A DNA stretch of 64,000 bases from Monocercomonoides exilis PA203 (lineage: Eukaryota > Protista > Preaxostyla): assembly GCA_001643675.2 (NCBI GenBank), contig LSRY02000017.1:1116001-1180000 (forward strand), in the 5' to 3' direction. Numbering within the stretch: the stretch's first letter is position 1; the number at the start of each line of letters is the position of its first letter. A program made the translations under genes and the position numbers. The notes beneath the pieces were generated by a model. The model did no database searches. It had not been told where the DNA came from and was given only the letters and a program-made list of their open reading frames with translations. Below, in pieces: positions 49,701 to 58,800 of this stretch.

Positions 49701-51358
49701 AAGAAAATAACCTTCCTGATTCATCATCATCATCCTCCTCCTCCTCCTCTTCTTCTTCTTCTTCTTTTCCTTCTTCTGTTGCTGCTTCTGTTGCAGATAT
49801 ATCCAGTTCTGTTCTCTCTGCCACGGGGCAGCTGGTGATTGAAGACTCAACGACTTCACAAACTCTTGTCCCGCCTTCTGTGCCTATTGGCGGCAGTACT
49901 CAGACTTCTTCTGCAAAGGGAGATGGAAATACAAGCTCTTCTTCATCATCTTCTTCCTCCTCTTCTTCCTCTTCTTCTTCCTCTTCCTCAACTCCATCTG
50001 CCAGCGACGACATCGCCCTCTCCTCTGTCCCTGCCTCCTCTCTGATGTACATGCTCACCCCTCGTTCTCCACTTGATGCTCCATCCAAAAAGATCCGCTC
50101 AACCATCGCTAAGACAGGTGCTACACCAACTGCGTCAAGTCCTCTTGTTTCTCTCTCTGCGTCTGCGTCGGCTGCTGCCATTGCTTCTTCTTCTTCTTCT
50201 TCTTCTTTTTCTTCTTCTCCCCACCCGACTGCCCCTGCGCTGCACTCCAGGCAGAACTCACAGACGCCGTCCAGAAACTCCCTCCAGCCAGCTCTCAACA
50301 CACTCACCACACTCGCTTCTTCTGTCACAAGTTCATCGTCTTCTTCTTTCTCTTCCTCTTCTTCTTCCTCCTCTTCTTCATCGTCTTCTCTTTCTCTTTC
50401 TCCTTCTCCTCTTCCCATTCAAGCCAACACTGCCGCAACACCTGCTGTGTCATTTGTGCGCTCCACACTCTCCTCTTCTGCAATGGCTGCTCCTGTCATC
50501 CCCATCTCCTCTGTCTCCTCCACCTCTTCTTTAGCTGCCTCTCTTTCATCTGCCATCGCCCCGTCCTCGCCAGCCCCTGCCTCCATCCCCATTTCACAAC
50601 CGGCTGCTCCTTATTCTCCTTCTGTGAGTCCTCTTCCTTCTTCCTCTTTTGCTCTTTCTCTTTCTCCTTCTCCTTCACAAGCACCTTCATCAACATCTTC
50701 TTCCCGATCTGTTAATTCTGATACAGGCGCGCTTCTGCTGTCGTTTGCGCGGTTCAACAGAAGAGAAGGCGGAGCACAATCTGCCCAGCCGTCTTCAGCT
50801 TCGCCTCTTTCTCTGTCGAGTTCACAGACTGCTTTTGGGAGAGCGTCTTCACGTTCTTCGTCTCCTTCTTCTTCTGCTTCTTCTATTGCTTCTTCCTCTG
50901 TTTCATCAGTTTCTCCTTCCACAGCTTCTTCTTCTTCTTCTTCTATTTTATCTCCTCCTCCAGTCACCCAGCTCATTGCCTCTCCTATTCAACATCATTC
51001 TCCTCCTCATTTCACACCTTCATCTCCTCAGATAGCTCCTCCAAAGCAACCACAACTGCCTTCTTCTTCTCCTTCTCCTCCTTCTCCTCCTTCTAATTCA
51101 TTACAGATTTCTTCTTCTTCTTCTTCTTCTGTCTGTTCTGTTGCCCAGCCGAATGCGCTGAGTGAGATGGAGGCGCAACACAGGCAGATGATGGCTGCAA
51201 TGGAGATGAGGATGAAGCAGATGGAAGAAGAACTCATCCAGAGCCTAGAAAATGAAGAAGATGAGGAAGAAGAAGAAGAAGACAATGATAATGGAAATGG
51301 AAATGGAAATGGAGAAGGTGAGGGCGAGGGTAAGAGGAAAGATATTAGTGATAAATAG
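46753..51358 (+). CDS. Mucolipin/TRPML-like cation channel with a very long Ser-rich C-terminal tail, 5 exons
   Basis: N-terminal MSPFQKWKKYRIFPWK (mucolipin-like) and pore LFALMNGDVVLEVF; S6 LFFITVVLNIFISIIEESY. Four GT-AG introns keep the frame, and the last exon starts at ~48003. Confidence 0.85.
48983..51130 (+). repeat. TCN trinucleotide / poly-Ser low-complexity region inside the channel gene
   Basis: Long TCT/TCC/TCA runs, e.g. ~48995-49125 and ~49340-49465. Confidence 0.9.
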
Positions 51359-51792
51359 AAAAAGCGATGTTAAGCATAAAATCTATATTGAATGTCTGTG
51401 TGAATTGATTTGAATAGGATTTTGAAGTGTGTCTTATTTCCTTGTTTTTGACTTGTTCGTTTGTTATTTTTGGTGATCCGTTTTTTGAGCGTTTTATTTT
51501 GTTCAAGCAAACTCCCACTTTTTCATATTTTCTGTCTGAAAAACGAAATGTTAAGATTTTTTTCGTTATGTTTCGTTTTGCTTATACATAATTGCATTTC
51601 AGTAATCTTTGATGAAAAGTTTTGATTTATTCTACTCGCGGAGTGGTGAATGATTTATGCTTTTATGTTGAATTTCAATGATATAATAATAATTTTATAA
51701 AGTGCAATTGGCATTTTAAAAAATGAATTATTCAAATAAAAACGTAAATAATTCGCATCTTAAAAAAGTTATTTTTTTACAAGTTATAAAAT

Positions 51793-51793
<1 letters not shown>

Positions 51794-51844
<51 letters not shown>
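51794..51844. repeat. Poly(T) tract (~51 nt)
   Basis: Directly visible homopolymer. Confidence 0.95.
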
Positions 51845-52849
51845 CTAACAAAGAAAAAAGAGTTGAAAATCCGAATAATGACATTTTGATTTTATTGTCT
51901 AATTACAAAAAATTATATTTTTGTAAATACTTCAAATTTAGATTCAAGTTTTTTTAAAACGAATAACATTTAATACCGAGAAGAGTCATGCAAAGAATAA
52001 GATATTATTTAAAATGTATTTTTTGTGATTTTGAAACATTTTTGAAAACTGTTTATCTTCCTTTAACAAAAGCGATAATTGTTATATAACCGTGATCGAA
52101 AAGAATATATTAAAAGGTGATTTTGTTGTTAATAAGAAGTTTATGCTTATTGAAATTATTTCGGAAATAATTTTTTTATTGTTGTTGCTTTGAGTGCATT
52201 CTGCTACTTTCAATGCCGCATTCTCATGAAAGAAGAATTAGAATTATTTATGAAGCAATTCTTTTACTGTTTACCTTCGAAATGTGCATAATTAACTTCT
52301 GATACACCGAAATATAGGTATTTGTTTTATACAAATTGCATTTTAACTGGAACTTTTTTGCATTATTTAACAATTTTTTTATGATTAAAAGAATTTTATA
52401 AACAAATAAAAAATTATTTTTCACCAAGTACTATCAATAAATCGCAACTTTAGTGGCTTTCTTGTTTTCAAAAGGAAGTTGCAAAGTTGTGCTTTATTTT
52501 TTGTTTTTCCTTTCAGTTATTGGATTGAACAATAATGATGCAAAATTATGAAACATAAAATGTGGTTTGATATAACTGTTTTTATCATTTAAAATAATCT
52601 CATTTATCTCTTTTAGCAAAATACAACATGATGAATGGATTTTAAAAATAAAAGGGAATCAAAACAGATATTTGAAGAATGGAAACTTTGAAATTGGTTT
52701 CATCATTTTACATAGAAATACTTTGAAACTTTTTTAATTGCACTTTATGTGGTTTTAAAGCAACATTAATATAACACATTCTAAATTTTTTGATGGCAAT
52801 GCTGATCAAAATTTGATCTTGATAATATTTTCTGGGGAAAGGAACTTCC

Positions 52850-55800
52850 ATGCTTGTTATCGTTGCTGCATGCCTCATAACTCAAATTATTTACGCAAAC
52901 TACCATTTGACAAGATACGATGATTATTCCGTTTCTTTATTGAAAAAGTACCATTTCTCAAATGATAAATGCAGCAATAACAATTGGAATGGACCTTTGA
53001 GATTTCATGGAAATATTTCATATCAAAGTGATAAATTGAATATCAGCAGCACCATTAATGGAAGAATCTGTTTGAATAACTCAACGGTAAGTCTTTTTTC
53101 TATATGTCATTTTCAACACCAGGGCAAAGAAATATTCTGGTTAAAAAAATGTTCAAGAATTAATGCTTACAGTTGCTCAATCTCACTATTAGGAAAAAAC
53201 TCGAATTGTGTATTTTCCTGTCTAGGTGGCTTTATTAATTTGAATAATATTTCAATAATCTCACTTTCAAGAATGAACTACTTTGCCGGAATGGTTTCGT
53301 CCATACTCAAAAATCGTCATTCACATGATGTTTTGTGGATTTCTCTGAAATTCTGTTTGTTCGATTCATTGAATATTGACAGCTCATCGTGCTTTCTTGG
53401 CAAGTCTGAAGGAGTTTTTTCAAACATAGATAGCTGTTCTTTTTGTAATATATCTAGAAATACAAGTTCAAATTACAAAAGAAAATTGAGCAATTCATGC
53501 AATTTCTTCTCTGTCTTTGTCAAATGTTCAATATTTAACAGAATTTTAGACGCCGATTACAGTTCAGTTTATTCTCTTCCGACTCAAACGTTTTATAGTT
53601 TCAATTCTTCTTTCTTCGCTTCAAAAGAGATTCACACTCCATCCAATGGATCTCTAAATGAATTTTCTACTGGAACTGTGGTTGCTGAATCAACAGTTTT
53701 TTCTTCTATAACTGCGTCAAGAATGGGTTTGGCAATGTATGTTAGTGGGAATGCCACTTTGAATATTTCAAAGTGTGTTTTCTTGGATTTGAACTCAACA
53801 ATTGAAAGTGGTCAAGGTGGAGCTGTTAAACAAGAAGGTAGCGGAAGGCACGAAGTGACTGAAAGCAACTTTTCAAACTGTTTTTCAACTCAGTGGGGTG
53901 GTGGGATCCGTGTTGAATCAGATGGAGTTCAAATTATATCATATTGTATTTTTGAAAACTGTCAATCAAAACATTATTGCTGTGTTTGTTGGACTCCAAA
54001 AGCAAGTGGTTCAATATTTCAAAATAATAAATTGGTTCTGTCAAAAGGAAATGTGCCAGATTCTGAATCTGGTACACTTGGAATAAGGGAGCCATCAGTA
54101 AAGATTTTAATAAGTAATTGCCTTTTTTGGAAGAATCATATGCCAACAAGTTCAGCAGGGATTGCATTCACGATTGGATGTCGGACAAATGAGGTTGCTG
54201 AAATATCATTCTGCTTTTTTGATAACAATACAGTGGATAATGATTCTAAAGGTTGTGACATTTTTGCTCAACCATTCTTTATTTCAACTGTTATCTCTTC
54301 GGCCTTTCGATTGTGTTACTCGTCAAGCATTTCTGAAAAAAGAGTAGTAATTGGCACAACGAATTACCCTGAGATACTACCAAATATTCCAAATTCATTT
54401 ACTGAGTTGTATGTTGTTGGTGATGGATTAGATCACGATTCATGTGGAATGGAGCTGTTTCCATGCAAAACCATTTCAAAAGCAATAGAACTTAGAACAA
54501 TTCACTCAATTTCAGTTGGAAAAGGGAACTTCAAAGAAGGTGAAATTGAAGTGGGAAATTTTACAATTAGAATGAACGGTGATTCAAAAAATTCCAGTTT
54601 CATTATGGCAAAGAGCATTTCAAGAGGATTTTGGCTATTTCATGTTATGTGTGGAAAGCTTGAAGCGACTGATTATACAATAATTCACAGTTCTTCTGAA
54701 AGTCATTCAGATTCGTCACTTGTTGTTATCAATGGAAATGGAAATGTATCTTTTGTTGATTGCATTTTTACTGCGGAGGATCACCAAAAAAGAGTATTTG
54801 AGGCTCCTCAAATGAAGATAGAAGGAGGAGAATTAAATTTCGTAAATGTTGTTGTCAAGAATTTTCATTCAAATGAAGCATTCATTTTGTTAACATCGTG
54901 TTCGTGCATGCTCTTTTCAAATGTGAATGCTAGAGAGATACATAGGACAAGTGGAAATGGAAGTTTTGCCGAAATGGAAATCAGTTCTTCCTCAAAAGTT
55001 GCAATGAACAATGCAACAATTGAAAATTGTGCCTGTGATGATGGAAATGGAGGAGGAGCATTTATTTTGATTAATAATAATGGTGAGTTAACAATTGGCA
55101 ACGAATCGTTGGTCTCATTTGCATCATGTAGCGTTCCAGGTGATGATGAGAAAAAAGGAAAGGGAGGGGGCCTTTTTTTGAGTTGCGGAGATGAAGGAAA
55201 TAACTTTTTAATGAATTCTATTGAGTACAACAATTGTTTTGGCTGGATTGGAAAAAGTCTTTTTGTATGCTCTAAGAATTTGGGCTTAGTAATAAATGAG
55301 ATCCATTTTCCAAAATGGACATGGTTTGAAAACAGTACGGAGAATGAATCAACTGGTTTCGAAGATGATAATAAAAGGCTTGCAATACCGCTCTATTTGT
55401 TCTTTGTGAACCCATTTCCAACGCCAGCATTCATTGGAGGAGGGATGAGCGTTGACCATAGTGGGTGTGGATTTGAAAAGTTTCCATGTGCAACAATTAA
55501 TCATGCTGTTAACCTTAGGTTTGGAAGTTTGAAAAGAGAAATTGCACTAAATGAAGGATTTACTCTGTCTGAAACATTGGAGATGAAAGTGAATGAATGG
55601 ATTGTTTCATGCTTGAAAAAAGACACTGTAATTTCTGTGGACCTATTATCTATCCAGAATGTAACAACAGCAATAAACATTAAAAATAATACCATCATGA
55701 ACAATATCAGTTTTAGTATAAATAAATTATCAATTTCTTTAATAATGATTATCACTTGTTCAAGCGGAACTCTTTATCTGAATAACTGCACAGCTGGCCT

Positions 55801-58800
55801 AAGCGCAGAATTTGAAATAGGCAATGAGAGAGATTTTTGTTTCATTTGTATCATAAATGGATCGTTAGTGATGAATCAATTTGCAACAAACGGTTTCATA
55901 CAAACAGATCAACGTTCATTAATCGAAAGGAACTCCTTTTTAGGATGTGTAGAATGTATAGATTGCTCTTTTGCAGGGATCAAGAAGTTAAGAGGAAATG
56001 GAGGCTGCATCACGAGCGAATGCTGCTTGATTGAAAATTTTGTGAATGAAAGAACTATAGCAATAGAAGGATGCAATTTTAGTGAATGTTATTCTGGAGA
56101 AGATAATGCCAAAGGAGGAGGAATTTATATTGAACTTTGTGCAAATGAAAAGGCCATTATTAACGGTACGGGAGCGTTTGATGGATGTTTCGCGGGAAAT
56201 GATGAAAAGAAAGGCGGTAAAGGAGGAGGTATTATGGTAAAAATTATGGATACAGAAAATCTAATATTCAAAGTCAACAAAGGAGTATCATTTTCAAAAG
56301 AAATTACAAACAAGGCAAAATATGGGAAAGATATTTTTGTTGAATGCAATCGAGGAATATTCCTTGAACAAGTTGTTAACAAGACATCATTTGGTTTCCA
56401 TGATTCTTTTAAAATTCCGTTTGATGAAAAAATGGAAAGTGGAAGTGAGGATGGAAATGAGGCTTTTATTATTCCATTATTTGTGTTTTTAAATCAAATA
56501 GATTCAAAAATTGTTGCAAATGGGAGTGGTGTGGATTATCCTCATTGTGGATTTTTGTCATTTCCTTGCCATTCTATTTCTTATTGCTTTGATGAAAGAA
56601 TAACCCACGATTTAAGTGAGATAGACGTTATGGCACCTTCATCAATTTATCACGAGTTATCAATCCCTTTATATCCGATTTGTATTAAATCAACAAAATT
56701 CATTTCTGGAGAAGAGAAAATGGAAGTGAATGTGACGGATGAAGGAGAAGCAACAAAAGACAGCTTCATCGAATGTTCTTCTTCTTTTCTTATTGAGTCT
56801 CTGGCACTTGTGCTTAAGGATTCTTTTAATCCTCAAAGATGTGCATTTATTCATTCCATATCTTCGATCAAAATGATAGATTGTTCGTTTAATTTAGTTT
56901 CTGTTGATGTTGTTCCACAGATATTTTTCAGTTTGCTTTTTGTAACTGGAGGAGATATTACATTGCAGGAGTTAGTCATAAATGAGGAGATTGTATTCTT
57001 GCAGGCTTCTCCAATCACAATTGAAAACGGAAACAAAATTGAAATCAAAATGAGTCAGATTTTCGATTTAAAAAGAGAATCAGGAAATGGGGGTTGTTTG
57101 TATGTCAAAGGGAAGAGTGGAATTGAGCCTTGCTTGTTAATAAGCAATTGCTCTATGAAATCAATTTGTGAAGGCGGAAATAAACTTAAGGGAGGAGGTA
57201 TCTTCATTTGTTTGGAGAAAGATGTGTTTTTTGAGATGAATGATGTGATGTTTTCTTGTTGCAAGGTACCAAAAGATGGTGGGGAAGAAAAAGGAAGAGG
57301 TGTAGGAGGAGGACTATTTCTTGATATTTCTGATGAAGTGAACATATTTGAACTTAAAAAGTTGAATTTTGAAAATTGTGATGCATGGAAAGGTAAACAA
57401 GTGTTTTTGTCAGCAAAGAATCTGAAACCAATTGTAAATAAGGATCATTTCGTGTGGGAATTAAAAGCTGATGAATTGAAAAAAATGGATGAAATGAATG
57501 GATGGGAAAGATCCACATCTGATGAGCAATTTGTAATTCCTCTTGTTGTATATTTGTGGAATAACTTCAGTAACACTGGATTTATTGATGGTGAAAGAGG
57601 AAACGATTTTAGTGAATGTGGATACAAAGAAGTTCCTTGTCAAACAGTCGATAAACTTATCCACCTTCGATATTCTCATTCCCTTTCACATCCTTCAGCT
57701 TCATCTTATATACGTATAAAAAACTTTTCATCTGTCAATTTTGAAATTTCTTTCGAAGATTATCCACCATTAAATGCAAATCAATCTGTTTCATTTGTGG
57801 GAGAAATAAGCCAAACTTCTGTATTGATAAGTGAGGGGGATGCGAATTCTGAATCAATGATTTCATCTTCAATTATTCTCTCTTTTATTAACATTTCATT
57901 CATCCTTCCTGAAACATTTTTATATCACTATTCATTGATTCAATCGTCAGCAAGTTCTTCACAAACGTCTGTATCATCATCTTTTGTTGAGCTCAAGCTC
58001 ATTAATATTTCGTTTCAATCTAATTTTTCATCTCAAAAAATCAACTACACCATTATTGAAGTTGAAGACGGAAATTTACTCGTTGAAGATTGTACTTTTT
58101 CATTTTCAATTTTCCAGTTTCCATTTATTCATCTTTCTCCAAGTGTCGACGAGATCTTGCTGCTCAAACTATCTGTTTCTTATTCAAATATTTCAAGCAG
58201 CAGTATAATTGCCTATTCATTTTCTGATGCAAAGAAAATGGATATGAATTCATTTTATTATTTGCCCGAAGCAACCGATAATTGCGGCTTCTTCAATATT
58301 ACGCAGTCATCTTTTGATAATATTATTCGCACTGAAAAAGGGTCAACAATTATTTGTTTTGATTTGAATCAAAAAATGAAGATCACTATTCAGAATTGCT
58401 CATTCAAAAAATGTGTAAGTGAGATGAGTGAGGAAGGAGGAGCAATGCTTATTCAATTAAATGATAATGAGTGTTTTTTGCATTTGTCATCTTGCTCAGT
58501 TTTTCAATGTGCATGCTCAAAAACTAATGGAAGAGGTGGAGGAATGATGTTTGATTTCTCTAAACTTTATAATCCATCTTCTTCTTCACATTTGCATCTT
58601 CCTCTCAAGTTGGAAAATATCAAATTCATAATCAACGATGCATTTGTTGGAAAAGATGTTTTTATTCTATGTAAATCTATAGAACAGCAGGTCAATGAAA
58701 CTTTATTTTTGCTGGATTATTCTCAAGATTGCTTTAAATCAAACTATTCAATTTGTGGGTCGGATGATATTTCTACGGATGTGGATCTTCTTCCCTTCAT

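Noticed and set aside
48260-51285. Minus-strand poly-Glu/Lys ORFs
   Set aside because: They are mirror images of the TCN poly-Ser tract.
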